The notes beneath the pieces were generated by a model. The model was not told the origin of the DNA. It searched no databases and was given only the letters and a program-made list of their open reading frames with translations. Of a DNA stretch of 64,000 bases, positions 1-8,922 are shown piece by piece (position 1 is the first letter of the stretch; each line of letters starts with the position of its first letter). The stretch is from Candidatus Foliamicus sp. Lineage in GTDB: Bacteria; Pseudomonadota; Gammaproteobacteria; Steroidobacterales; Foliamicaceae. The DNA lies in contig OZ242252.1 of assembly GCA_965206955.1 (NCBI GenBank), positions 3,187,394 to 3,251,393 on the forward strand. The letters run 5' to 3'. The position numbers and the translations under genes were made by a program.

Positions 1-1720
1 ACGCCGGAGAATTCGCCTGCGCGGAAACGGTCACCGTGAATGCCACTGTGGATGTCGGTGAAACCGTTGCCGTCACCGTGCTCACTCCGCCGTTTTCGCC
101 GATCGAATCCGGCGTCAGCTCCAGCGTTACCTTCGGATCGTCGTTAACTGGCGGAGGAGGAGGTGGCTCATCGTCATCCGTTATTGTCAGCGTCACATCT
201 GTCGGCGCCTCAACTCCGGAATCGGAAACAATGCCCGAAACCGTAACCGTCTTGTTGGGCTCGTCTTCGCCGTTGTTGTTTGCGGTAATGGTTACCGAGC
301 CGGTGCTGTCGGTGGCGTTCGCCCCAAAACTCAGCGTGGTCCCTGTGAGCGTAAAGTCACCCGACACCGCCGGAGAATCCGCCTGCGCGGATACGGTCAC
401 GGTGAATGCCACCGTGGATGTCGGCGAAACTGTCGCCGTCACCGTGCTCACCTCGCCGTTCTCGCCGATCGAATCCGGCGTCAGCACCAGCGTCACGACC
501 GGATCGTCGGTTTCCGGAGGCGGTCGTGGCGGATTGACGACTACCGCCTGCACGGTCCCGGTCACGGCGCTTGTTCGCATTTCGCCGTTGCCCCTGTCGT
601 CGTCGAAGCTCGCCTTGACCCTGATCCTGTTGCCCTGGTCCGCCGAGGTCAGGTCATACGTGGAACCCGTCGCGTTCGGAATATCTGTCTGGCTGTTCGA
701 ACCGTCCACGCGAATCCACTGATATCTATAACTGGCATTGGCTAGTCCATCGGCATCCGCGATGGTTCCCTTCGAGGCCGTCAGCGTCTCGCCCACCTGA
801 AGCGTGCCTGCAATTGCGGGTTGCCCGGTGGCCGGATTGTTGGCTTGCGCAGCCCGGTTGATCGTGACGGTGTGAATCATTTCCGTCGTGGTGTCCGGGG
901 CCGTCACCTTGACCTTGACAACGGTCGACCCGACGACAAGGTTTGGGACTACTACGCCGTTTCCCGATCCCAGCGACATATCGTTGCTGTCCAGGTACTC
1001 CACAGTGGCGTCGTCCTGGGCCGGAGTGGCATACACCGTGACTGTCGAAGTCGCGTACGGCACCGACACGGAATAGGTGGCGTGGCCGTGTGTGAAGGGC
1101 GGCTCAAGGGGAAGGGCGCCGTTGGCGTCGTGCACCAACAAGCGTTCCAGCGATGCGTCCTTGTCGGCGTTCAGGCAGCGGATGCCGACGTTCTCAGTAA
1201 TCTTACAGTTATGTACGCCAATGACATCCCGCCCAAGCGAGCCGCGGGCCGTCATGCAATCCAACAGGCTGGCCTCATCCCCATCGCACAGCATGTCGTC
1301 CAGCATGATCGGGCCCGGTCCGGTCCCGAAATGCGACCGCAGCAACGCGGATGCGCCTGATTGCGCGTGTGTGTAACCCAACTGCCGGCAGGCCACATGC
1401 GCATCCGTGGTCGTCCAGTAGTCGTCGCAGATCGTGCCCCACACCTGGCCTTCGCTATCACCCGGCTTGTCCGCGCATATCTCCAGGAGGCCTTCGTTTG
1501 CCGCATTGCCGTTCCTCAGGCGCACGTCGCCGGCGTTATTGGAGGTGCACGCTTCCGCTTGCGCCTGCGCCTGCGTGACAGGAGCCAGAACGGCAACCAG
1601 CATCAACAGCGACAAGGCCCAGCCGGACCGGCGGGAAAGGCAATTGGAGGGGGGAGTGAGGCCGTTGGACGCCTTGAGGCCCAGTTCTGAATCTGCCGGA
1701 CAGATGTCCGGTCTCTTCAT
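1..1720 (-). CDS. Large secreted repeat protein, partial (C-terminus beyond window): signal peptide, SRCR domain, cadherin-like beta-sandwich, Ig-like repeat, Calx-beta-like repeats
   Basis: Minus frame is open from the ATG at 1720 to the window edge (same frame as the stop at 1751-1753). Translation: MKRPD...LLMLVAVLAPVTQAQA, then WGTICDDYW / HVACRQLGY / FGTGPGPIMLDDMLCDGDEASLLDC / HNCKITENVGIRC. About 360-nt DNA repeats (1-110 vs 361-470) encode VTLxLTPDSIGENG...TITDDDEPP units. Confidence 0.8.
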   Translation of the reverse strand, partial: MKRPDICPADSELGLKASNGLTPPSNCLSRRSGWALSLLMLVAVLAPVTQAQAQAEACTSNNAGDVRLRNGNAANEGLLEICADKPGDSEGQVWGTICDDYWTTTDAHVACRQLGYTHAQSGASALLRSHFGTGPGPIMLDDMLCDGDEASLLDCMTARGSLGRDVIGVHNCKITENVGIRCLNADKDASLERLLVHDANGALPLEPPFTHGHATYSVSVPYATSTVTVYATPAQDDATVEYLDSNDMSLGSGNGVVVPNLVVGSTVVKVKVTAPDTTTEMIHTVTINRAAQANNPATGQPAIAGTLQVGETLTASKGTIADADGLANASYRYQWIRVDGSNSQTDIPNATGSTYDLTSADQGNRIRVKASFDDDRGNGEMRTSAVTGTVQAVVVNPPRPPPETDDPVVTLVLTPDSIGENGEVSTVTATVSPTSTVAFTVTVSAQADSPAVSGDFTLTGTTLSFGANATDSTGSVTITANNNGEDEPNKTVTVSGIVSDSGVEAPTDVTLTITDDDEPPPPPPVNDDPKVTLELTPDSIGENGGVSTVTATVSPTSTVAFTVTVSAQANSPA

Positions 1721-1916
1721 TTGGTGGTCATCGCAACCTGAGTTGTTAACTCAGGCCGCCATGACGAAACGCATTTTCGCATCGTCAATACCCGAGTACC
1801 ACACCCCTCGTAATATGATGCCAAAGAAAGTTTCTATTTTCAAGGGGGTTGTACTCAATAGTGAAGAATTGTTCAAAAGATTGACATAAATATGTTTACT
1901 ATATATGTTTTTATGT

Positions 1917-2165
1917 ATGCGGACAACGATACACATACAAGACCACCTTTTTGCCGAGTTGAAGCGAATCGCCGCGGACTCTGGCAGGACGTTGACGGGC
2001 GTCATCCATGACGCCCTCAGCGAGTCGTTGTCCCGGCGTCGCTCGGTGGATCGCCCGGCAGTCGAGCTACCCGTATTTCGCGGGACCGGGGTCATGCCCG
2101 GCGTGGATCTGAGCGACACCGCCTCCCTCCTGAACCAGATGGATAGAGAGGATGGTTCTTCCTGA
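1917..2165 (+). CDS. vapB: Type II antitoxin, VapB-like (ribbon-helix-helix type)
   Basis: MRTTIHIQDHLFAELKRIAADSGRTLTGVIHDALSESL is typical of VapB/CopG-like antitoxins. It overlaps the PIN gene by 14 nt. An AT-rich upstream region holds TTGACA at 1881-1886. Start taken at the second ATG (1917). Confidence 0.7.
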   Translation: MRTTIHIQDHLFAELKRIAADSGRTLTGVIHDALSESLSRRRSVDRPAVELPVFRGTGVMPGVDLSDTASLLNQMDREDGSS

Positions 2166-2589
2166 TGTCAACGTACTAGTCGCGGCGTACCGCGACGACG
2201 CGCCGGCGCACACAGCCTGCCGGCGCTGGCTTGAGTCCGTGCTCGGCGGGGATGAAGCGTTCGCGCTTTCCGAACTGGTCCTAAGCGAATTCCTGCGCGT
2301 CGTCACTCATCCGAGTGTCTTCACAATGCCCAGTCCGCAGGACGAGGCGCTACGCTTCGCCCAAGTACTGAGGCGTCAGCCCCACTGTGTCGAAGTCAGC
2401 CCCGGCGCAAGGCACTGGGAAATCTTCTTGCGCCTCTACCAGGAAGCCGAAGTGTCGGGCAACCTCGTGCCGGACGCGTACTTCGCCGCTCTGGCGATTG
2501 AGCATGGCTGTGAATGGATCACGCTGGATCGCGACTTCGCTCGTTTCGAAGGCCTTCGCTGGCGTCCTCCCCCGCGCAATATCGCATAA
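2152..2589 (+). CDS. vapC: Type II toxin, PIN-domain VapC
   Basis: MVLPDVNVLVAAYRDD...SELVLSEFLRVVTHP...NLVPDAYFAALAIEHGCEWITLDRDFARF carries the PIN acidic-residue pattern. Overlaps the upstream antitoxin. Confidence 0.85.
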   Translation: MVLPDVNVLVAAYRDDAPAHTACRRWLESVLGGDEAFALSELVLSEFLRVVTHPSVFTMPSPQDEALRFAQVLRRQPHCVEVSPGARHWEIFLRLYQEAEVSGNLVPDAYFAALAIEHGCEWITLDRDFARFEGLRWRPPPRNIA

Positions 2590-2982
2590 GCACCATAGGC
2601 AGCCCGCACTGCACCCGGGAACGGCTGCGGTTGGCCGGGCGGAATGCCCGGTTCTTCGTTCAGGAAACCCAGCGCGATCGCCACCACACCCGGATCGATG
2701 TGCGCCTTGCCTTGGGGATCGGCAATCAACACGAGCACGGCGACACGAGGGGCCGAGAATTCCCAATGCCGCTCGCCCACGGGAAGTGCGTGCGCTACCA
2801 GCCGGTTGTCGACGAAAATGCGCCCGATGGACACCGAACCGCTCACGCCCGGACAGCGTCATCAATCAAACCGGCGGTTGCGGGCCAGTGCGAGTCGTCG
2901 AGAGTGGCCTCGTGCAGGGACGCGAGGATGCGGTCGAACAGGTCGTTCTGGCTCATTGAGCCGCCTATTTTCCGACCACCCC

Positions 2983-3250
2983 CTAGTGTCGTGTCACGCC
3001 TGTATCGTCGCATCAGAGCGAGCGTAGCGTGTCCATGCAAGGCGCAGCCGGCACGGAATACTCGCTGTATTGCGAACGGCTGCAACGCTGCAGGGGCACG
3101 CTACGCCCGCTCCCGAAGGGCGCGTCTCCCCTGGCCCGTGGCCGCGTTGCGCCCCTGGGCAATGGGAGGCGCCATTCCCGGCGGGACGCGCCTTGCCACA
3201 GGCCAGGGGAGACACGCTGATGCGACGATACAGGCGTGACACGACACTAG
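2983..3250. repeat. 268-bp MITE-like element with 34-bp perfect terminal inverted repeats and nested internal hairpins
   Basis: 2983-3016 (ctagtgtcgtgtcacgcctgtatcgtcgcatcag) is the exact reverse complement of 3217-3250. Internal stems: about 3018-3031 with 3097-3110, and about 3120-3141 with 3195-3217. Confidence 0.5.
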
Positions 3251-3527
3251 CAGGATCCAAACAACGATTCTGTCGTTCAGTCCCTGCCCCAGCCAATAAA
3301 CAGGCCGGCCTCGCATCTCGCTCAAGCAGCCGGTCTTCCAATTTTTCGCCGGTGGCGCCCCGAGTTGTAAGCAGCGAACGCCTTATGGCAACCCCAAAAT
3401 TGGGGGGACAGTAATCAGTACAAGCTGGCCGAGCGCACCCGGACCGTCAGGCAGTTCTTGCCGCGGTTCGCGGCATTGTCATAGCCCGGGCGGGCGCCGG
3501 GCTATGACCTTGGAGAAAGCCGAGAGG

Positions 3528-3974
3528 TCAGCCGCCGGAAGTGGCGTTCCAGGCGTCCAATACCTGCTTGCAACCCACCAAAGCGATGGTGTTGCCGTCG
3601 TCATCCAGGAAATTCAGCGGACCTACGAAGGTCATGTAGAACTCGCTGTCCTCCGGAAACTCGGTGTGATCGTGCTGCGCGTTGCAGGCTTCGTAGCCGT
3701 AGCCGGGGGCTACCGCCGTCGCGCCGCCCTCGGTAGTGCCGCCGCGCACGTTCATGCGGCCCTTGGTCAGGAAGTATTCGCCGGGGCCCATGTGGATGTG
3801 CTTGGCGAATGACGAGCCGGCCTTGCAATCGAAGATCGCGGTCCAGGCACCCGCCTCAGGGGATACGTGCAGCAGCTTCCAGGTAATGTCGCCTGCGCAC
3901 AGACCCTGCGGGAACGGAACCCAATCCACGGCATCCATCTGCATGTAATCGCCGGTGGGAGAATTGTCAGCCAT
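3528..3974 (-). CDS. Cupin domain protein (ChrR-like cupin)
   Basis: The motif AKHIHMGPGEYFLTKG fits a cupin metal-binding fold. Internal ATG at 3974 is preceded by AGGAG; the longer ORF start at 4043 lacks an RBS. Confidence 0.7.
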   Translation of the reverse strand: MADNSPTGDYMQMDAVDWVPFPQGLCAGDITWKLLHVSPEAGAWTAIFDCKAGSSFAKHIHMGPGEYFLTKGRMNVRGGTTEGGATAVAPGYGYEACNAQHDHTEFPEDSEFYMTFVGPLNFLDDDGNTIALVGCKQVLDAWNATSGG

Positions 3975-4127
3975 TGTTTTGCTCCTAGCCCGCCGCCGCA
4001 ACCGGACCCCCCGGCGCGCGCAGCAGCCTTCAAATAGGGGCATTCATCCTAACCATGATTGCGTTAACGGTCAATCATTCGTTCCTGAAATCATTCCATT
4101 TGGCCGGCGACGATACTGACTCACGGC

Positions 4128-4928
4128 TCAGTTGCCGGTGAAATTGGGTTTGCGCTTTTCGAAGAATGCCGCCAGCGCCTCGTCGTGGTCCGCGGTGCGC
4201 TGCAGAATACCCTGCAGGTTGGCGGACAATTCCATTACCGACTCGAACCGGTCCTGGCTGCCGGCACGCAGCAACTGCTTGGCCATGCGTAGCGCCATGG
4301 GCGGCTGTTTGGCGATCTCGCCCGCTAACTCAAAAGCCCTCGGCAGCAATTTGTCGGTTGGCGTTACTTCACTGACCAGCCCCCACTCCTGCGCCGTCGC
4401 GGCATTGATCAGCTCGCCGGTATAGAGCAGCTGCGCGGCGCGCGAATAGCCGATCAGCTGCTGCAGGATCCACGCTCCTCCATCGCCGGGAATCAAGCCT
4501 AGCTTCAGGAAGGTCTGGCCGAACAGCGCCTTTTCCGAAGCCAGCCGGATGTCCGCCAGGCACGCGACATCATTGCCGAGACCGATGGCTGGTCCGTTGA
4601 CCGCCGCGACCAGCGGCACGTCCAGGTTCCACAGCGCCCTGACCATGCGATGAATTTCGTTGCGATAGTTCTCGCGAAGTGTGGCCGATCCTCCCGCGAA
4701 CGGGCCACTGCGATCGCGCATTGCTTTGACATCGCCGCCGGAAGAGAACGCGGAGCCGGCTCCGGTAAGGATCGCGCATCGAATTTCCGTATTGCTGCGG
4801 ATCCGCTCGGCAGCCTGCTCAAACAGCACGCCGTCGCCGATCCGCCCCAGCAGGTTCCGCTCGTCGGGCCGGTTGATGGTAAGAAGCGCCACCGCCCCGT
4901 CTATTTCATACAGCAATGCGTCGCTCAT
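4128..4928 (-). CDS. Enoyl-CoA hydratase/isomerase family protein
   Basis: Crotonase hallmarks: LTINRPDERN, LTGAGSAFSSGGDVKAM, AAVNGPAIGLG, EALAAFFEKRKPNF. Confidence 0.9.
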   Translation of the reverse strand: MSDALLYEIDGAVALLTINRPDERNLLGRIGDGVLFEQAAERIRSNTEIRCAILTGAGSAFSSGGDVKAMRDRSGPFAGGSATLRENYRNEIHRMVRALWNLDVPLVAAVNGPAIGLGNDVACLADIRLASEKALFGQTFLKLGLIPGDGGAWILQQLIGYSRAAQLLYTGELINAATAQEWGLVSEVTPTDKLLPRAFELAGEIAKQPPMALRMAKQLLRAGSQDRFESVMELSANLQGILQRTADHDEALAAFFEKRKPNFTGN

Positions 4929-4996
4929 GCTTCTGTCCCCATGGATTGGGAAGCCGATAGTACCCGCTCGCGCCTCGCCCTGCGCCTTAGGAAAGT

Positions 4997-5046
4997 GGGA
5001 ACGAGGGCATCTTGCCCTCGTCGAGGGCTGGCAGCCCTCGTTCCCA
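4997..5046. repeat. REP-like nested palindrome (family copy 1)
   Basis: gggaacgagggcatcttgccctcgtcgagggctggcagccctcgttccca: two GAGGGC/GCCCTC hairpins enclosed by a GGGAACGAGGGC/GCCCTCGTTCCC outer stem. Intergenic. Confidence 0.85.
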
Positions 5047-5073
5047 GGCGCTTGTTTGGCTCTTTGCCTTCGA

Positions 5074-6387
5074 TCACGGCCTCATCCAGGCGGGTTCAAG
5101 CGCAGCCGTTTCGCAGACCGCGGAGCAGAGGTGGCGCAAGTCTCTGGACGTCATCACGTAAGCGGGCATGAGGTAGATCAGCTTGCCGAACGGCCGCGCC
5201 CATACGCCGCGTTCCACGAGCCGGCGTTGTGTCTGCGCGACATCCACCGCCCTGTGCATCTCGACCACGCCAATTGCGCCCAGTACGCGCACATCGGCCA
5301 CTTGCGGCATGGATCGGCACGCTCCAAGGCCGCGCAGCAACTCCCGCTCCACCCGGGCCACTCGCTTTCGCCATAGCGAATCCAGCAACAAACCAATACT
5401 TGCCACGGCGATCGCGCAGGCGAGTGGATTGCCCATAAACGTTGGCCCGTGCATCAGGACGCCGGCAGTTCCTTGTGCCGAGGAAATCGCCTCCGCAACG
5501 TGCGGCCGCGCCAAGGTTGCCGCAAGGCTCATGTAACCGCCGGTGAGCGCCTTGCCCACGCAAAGGACATCGGGCACCACACCGGCATGGTCGCAGGCGA
5601 ACATTTCGCCGCTGCGCCCGAATCCGGTGGCAATCTCATCGGCAATCAACAGCAATCCAAGTCGGTCGCACAGCTCCCGCACGCCCTTGAGGTATCCGGG
5701 ATGATAGAAACGCATTCCCCCGGCGCCCTGCACGATCGGCTCCAGAATCACCGCGGCTATTTCCTCGCAATGCCGGGACGCCTGCGCCTCGAGCGAATCC
5801 AGGTCGGATGCGTCCCACGCGTCACCGAACCGAACACGCGGAGCGTCAGCGAACAGTTGCTTCGGAACGACACCGGAAAACAAGTGATGCATTCCGGTTA
5901 TCGGATCGCATACCGACATGGCCTGAAAAGTATCCCCGTGGTAACCGCTGCGAATGGTCAATAGCCGGGTTCTACCTCGCACGCCCTGCGCTCGCCAGTA
6001 TTGCAGCGCCATCTTGATCGCCACTTCAACAGCCACCGATCCGGAATCGGAAAAGAAGACCCGGTCCAGGTCACCCGGGGACAGTTCAACCAGGCGCTGC
6101 GCCAGGCGGATCGCCGGCGCATGCGTTAGTCCCCCGAACATCACGTGGGGCATGCGCGAAAGCTGCTCGCGCGCGGCGCGATTCAGCACCGGATGGTTGT
6201 AGCCGTGAATCACCGACCACCACGACGACATGCCGTCTATCAGCTCCCTACCATCGTCCAGCGTCAAGCGAACGCCGCGCGCCGAGACCACCGGATAGGC
6301 CGGCGTGGGATTGCGCATCGACTCGTACGGATGCCAGATATGCCGCCGATCGAAGTCCAGATCGGCCGCGGACAGACTGTCGTTCAC
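5074..6387 (-). CDS. bioA: Adenosylmethionine-8-amino-7-oxononanoate aminotransferase
   Basis: HIWHPY..., class III aminotransferase pattern, 437 aa. ATGA overlap with bioD. Sits in the bio cluster. Confidence 0.9.
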   Translation of the reverse strand: MNDSLSAADLDFDRRHIWHPYESMRNPTPAYPVVSARGVRLTLDDGRELIDGMSSWWSVIHGYNHPVLNRAAREQLSRMPHVMFGGLTHAPAIRLAQRLVELSPGDLDRVFFSDSGSVAVEVAIKMALQYWRAQGVRGRTRLLTIRSGYHGDTFQAMSVCDPITGMHHLFSGVVPKQLFADAPRVRFGDAWDASDLDSLEAQASRHCEEIAAVILEPIVQGAGGMRFYHPGYLKGVRELCDRLGLLLIADEIATGFGRSGEMFACDHAGVVPDVLCVGKALTGGYMSLAATLARPHVAEAISSAQGTAGVLMHGPTFMGNPLACAIAVASIGLLLDSLWRKRVARVERELLRGLGACRSMPQVADVRVLGAIGVVEMHRAVDVAQTQRRLVERGVWARPFGKLIYLMPAYVMTSRDLRHLCSAVCETAALEPAWMRP

Positions 6388-7016
6388 AAAGCCAGTCTCG
6401 CCGCGTACGCCTTGACGTGCCGGGAGGAAACGGGTTGCGGAAGGTCCGGTAGATCCAACAGGCAGTCAAGGCCGGTCTGCTCAAGAATCACGCCCCGGGA
6501 ATAATCGTTCGGCTTGCCGTTGAGGACGATTCCGGCCATAGCAATCCCGTGCGATCGAAGCGCCTCCACCGTTAGCAGGGTGTGGTTGATGCTGCCCAGG
6601 TAATAGCTGGAGACTACCACCACCGGCAAACGCCAGTCTTCGAGCAGATCAATGTTGAGAAGGTCCGGGGCCACCGGCGCCAGAACGCCGCCGGCCGGTT
6701 CGACCACCAGCGGGCCGTCAATATCGGGCAACTGCAACCTTTCTCGCCGTATCGTCACACCCGCTTGGGCCGCCGCGGCATGCGGGGCCATCGCGGCCTT
6801 CAAGCAATAGGCCTCGGGAAGAAACCGGGCGCGACTGAGCGTAACCAGCCGCCGAACTTCCATAGTGTCGGTGTGCACCAGCCCGCCAGCTTGAACCGGC
6901 TTCCAGTAGCTGGCCCTCGAGGGCCGGCTACGAGCGCCCAGACGCTCCACCAGCAGCGCCGAAACCAGGGTCTTGCCCACGCTGGTACCAATTCCCGCAA
7001 TCGCGTAGCGCTGCAT
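6384..7016 (-). CDS. bioD: Dethiobiotin synthase
   Basis: N-terminal P-loop IAGIGTSVGKT and 210 aa. Adjacent to bioA. Confidence 0.85.
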   Translation of the reverse strand: MQRYAIAGIGTSVGKTLVSALLVERLGARSRPSRASYWKPVQAGGLVHTDTMEVRRLVTLSRARFLPEAYCLKAAMAPHAAAAQAGVTIRRERLQLPDIDGPLVVEPAGGVLAPVAPDLLNIDLLEDWRLPVVVVSSYYLGSINHTLLTVEALRSHGIAMAGIVLNGKPNDYSRGVILEQTGLDCLLDLPDLPQPVSSRHVKAYAARLAL

Positions 7017-7142
7017 TCTTTACCACCCACCGCCAGCCGCCGGGCGCATGATACCCGTGGCGCTCAAAGACGCGGGCCGGTAGCGGCAGACAGCCGCGCG
7101 GGCACATTCGGCGCGCCCACGGCCGGTTCGCGCACTAAGGTG

Positions 7143-7700
7143 TTATTGGCTGGCCGACGACGTCGAGGCGTCGTTCTTCTCCACACCCAGGCGAGCCAAC
7201 GTGGCTGCCATGTCTTCAGCAGCCGTCTTGGCATTAACTTCGCGGTCCACCGCGAGAATCACCCCGTCCGTGCCGATATAGAAAGTCTCGCGTCTCGGCA
7301 CGCCGTATTTGCCGATGACCTGATAAGCGCCCGCGACATCCTTGGATTCATCGGACAGGATCGGAAAGTCCGCGTTGTGCTCGCTGGCAAACGCCGAGTT
7401 GTCGGCAATGGGGTCCACGCTGGCCATGAAATAGCGGACCTTGAATTCGCGAATCTTGTCGCCGTTCTCCGCAAGCGACTTGCACTCGATGGTGCATCCC
7501 GGCGTGAAGGCTTTCGGGAACCAGGCCAGCACGACCGGGCCTTCGTTCAATAATTCCTTAAGCGAGTGAACATTGCCGTCGGAGCCGGGAAGCGTCCAGT
7601 CGGGCGCCTGCGAGCCGGCATCCAGAGCAGGGGCCGGCGCCTCTTCGGCGGCGATCGTGCTTGCGAAAGCGAGCGCAATAATTGCCAGGGTTCTCTTCAT
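7143..7700 (-). CDS. Secreted peroxiredoxin (AhpC/TSA, Bcp-like)
   Basis: Signal peptide MKRTLAIIALAFASTIAA, then WFPKAFTPGCTIEC (peroxidatic Cys motif). Confidence 0.8.
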   Translation of the reverse strand: MKRTLAIIALAFASTIAAEEAPAPALDAGSQAPDWTLPGSDGNVHSLKELLNEGPVVLAWFPKAFTPGCTIECKSLAENGDKIREFKVRYFMASVDPIADNSAFASEHNADFPILSDESKDVAGAYQVIGKYGVPRRETFYIGTDGVILAVDREVNAKTAAEDMAATLARLGVEKNDASTSSASQ

Positions 7701-7767
7701 TGTGCGGTACCTTAAGCGGGGAAGAAAGAGGCCGCGATTATATCCGTTTGCCGCTCGCTCCCCCGGT

Positions 7768-8922
7768 CTATGCGTCCGGATTGAGGTTGCTCATGACCTC
7801 ATCAACGGCGGCAAGGAGGCGGTCGACTTCGGCAAGCGTATTGTGCGCGTGCAGGCAAACGCGAATACGCTCCTGCCCTTCGGCGACCGTCGGCGAGCGT
7901 ATGGGCAATGCATCCAGACCCTCGCTCCGCAACGCCTCGCCGACCCGGCGCACGGGCCGGGCGCCCGGAACCAGCAGACACTGAATCCAGGATTCGCTGG
8001 GCAGCCAGCGCCAGGGCGAATCCGCCATACGCTCGCGGAAGTAGCCCACATTACGGAGCAAGCGCTCGCGCCGGTCGCCAAGTTCCGGCAGCAGTTCATA
8101 CGCAGCCTGAACGCTGAGCGCCCAGAGCGGAGGAAGCCCGGTTGTAAATATGAACGGCCGTGCAAAATTCACCAGGTAATCGCGAAGCGTCGCCGAACAA
8201 AGGACCGCGCCGCCGTGCAGCCCCAGGGCCTTGCCGAAGGTCACCATGCGCGCCAGCACTTTGTGCTCCAGTCCGGCCGCCGCGACACCGCCACGGCCCG
8301 CAGGACCCAGCACTCCATTGGCGTGGGCCTCATCCACCACTACGCCTGCGCCGTGCAATTCGGCCAGAACAGCAATCTCCTCAAGCGGCGCCAGGTCGCC
8401 GTCCATGGAATAGAGACTCTCAACCACGATCACGGCCGGTTCGCCGGGGTTGAGGCGATCCAAGCCGGCTTTCAGGTCCTGCATGTCATTGTGGCGAAAA
8501 ATGACGCGATCAGCGCCACTCAAGCGTGCGCCGTCAATAGCGCTGGCGTGAAGCAGGCGATCGCACAGCAGCGCTTTGGCAACCCCGCCCAGGCTCGCCA
8601 GCAAGCCCAGGTTGGCGGCAAAGCCGCTGGAAAAAACCAGCGCCGCCTCGGCCCCGTAGAACTCGGCAAGTTGCCTTTCCAGCGCCTCCACCTCGGGATG
8701 GTTGCCGGAGATCAGGCGCGAACCGGTCGCTCCGTGCGGCACGCCGCGCTGTTCGGCGAGCGCGGCGATGCGCCGGCGCAGACGTTCATCACGGGCCAGG
8801 CCCAGGTAGTCGTTGGAGCAAAAGTCCACGCCAGGCGGCGCGGAATCCAGACGGCGCAACAATCCGGCCTGTTCGCGCTCCCTGAGCGCCTTTTCCACGG
8901 CGCGCCGGATCGCCGCGCTCAT
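7768..8922 (-). CDS. bioF: 8-amino-7-oxononanoate synthase
   Basis: NDYLGL, class II aminotransferase pattern, TFGKALG (PLP lysine). 4-nt overlap with bioB. Confidence 0.85.
   Translation of the reverse strand: MSAAIRRAVEKALREREQAGLLRRLDSAPPGVDFCSNDYLGLARDERLRRRIAALAEQRGVPHGATGSRLISGNHPEVEALERQLAEFYGAEAALVFSSGFAANLGLLASLGGVAKALLCDRLLHASAIDGARLSGADRVIFRHNDMQDLKAGLDRLNPGEPAVIVVESLYSMDGDLAPLEEIAVLAELHGAGVVVDEAHANGVLGPAGRGGVAAAGLEHKVLARMVTFGKALGLHGGAVLCSATLRDYLVNFARPFIFTTGLPPLWALSVQAAYELLPELGDRRERLLRNVGYFRERMADSPWRWLPSESWIQCLLVPGARPVRRVGEALRSEGLDALPIRSPTVAEGQERIRVCLHAHNTLAEVDRLLAAVDEVMSNLNPDA

Noticed and set aside
36-1690. Plus-strand ORFs 36-722, 821-1360, 1077-1376 and 1361-1690.
   Set aside because: They are antisense shadows of the minus-strand SRCR/Calx-beta gene. 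Their translations are low-complexity or Arg/Pro-rich, whereas the minus frame gives clear domain matches.
2436-2956. Possible gene remnant on the minus strand. MSQNDLFDRILASLHEATLDDSHWPATAGLIDDAVRA (2956-2843) resembles the N-terminus of a LuxR-type regulator family. It is followed out of frame by ORF 2436-2846.
   Set aside because: Only about 37 residues are suggestive. The continuation does not match what I expect for that family and runs into the vapC 3' end on the opposite strand. This is not enough to call a feature.
3480-3506. Perfect 10-bp stem palindrome (catagcccgg-gcgggcg-ccgggctatg) downstream of the cupin gene, considered as an intrinsic terminator.
   Set aside because: The hairpin is real, but no U-tract follows on the minus strand. 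It is left uncalled and may be a Rho-dependent or structural element.
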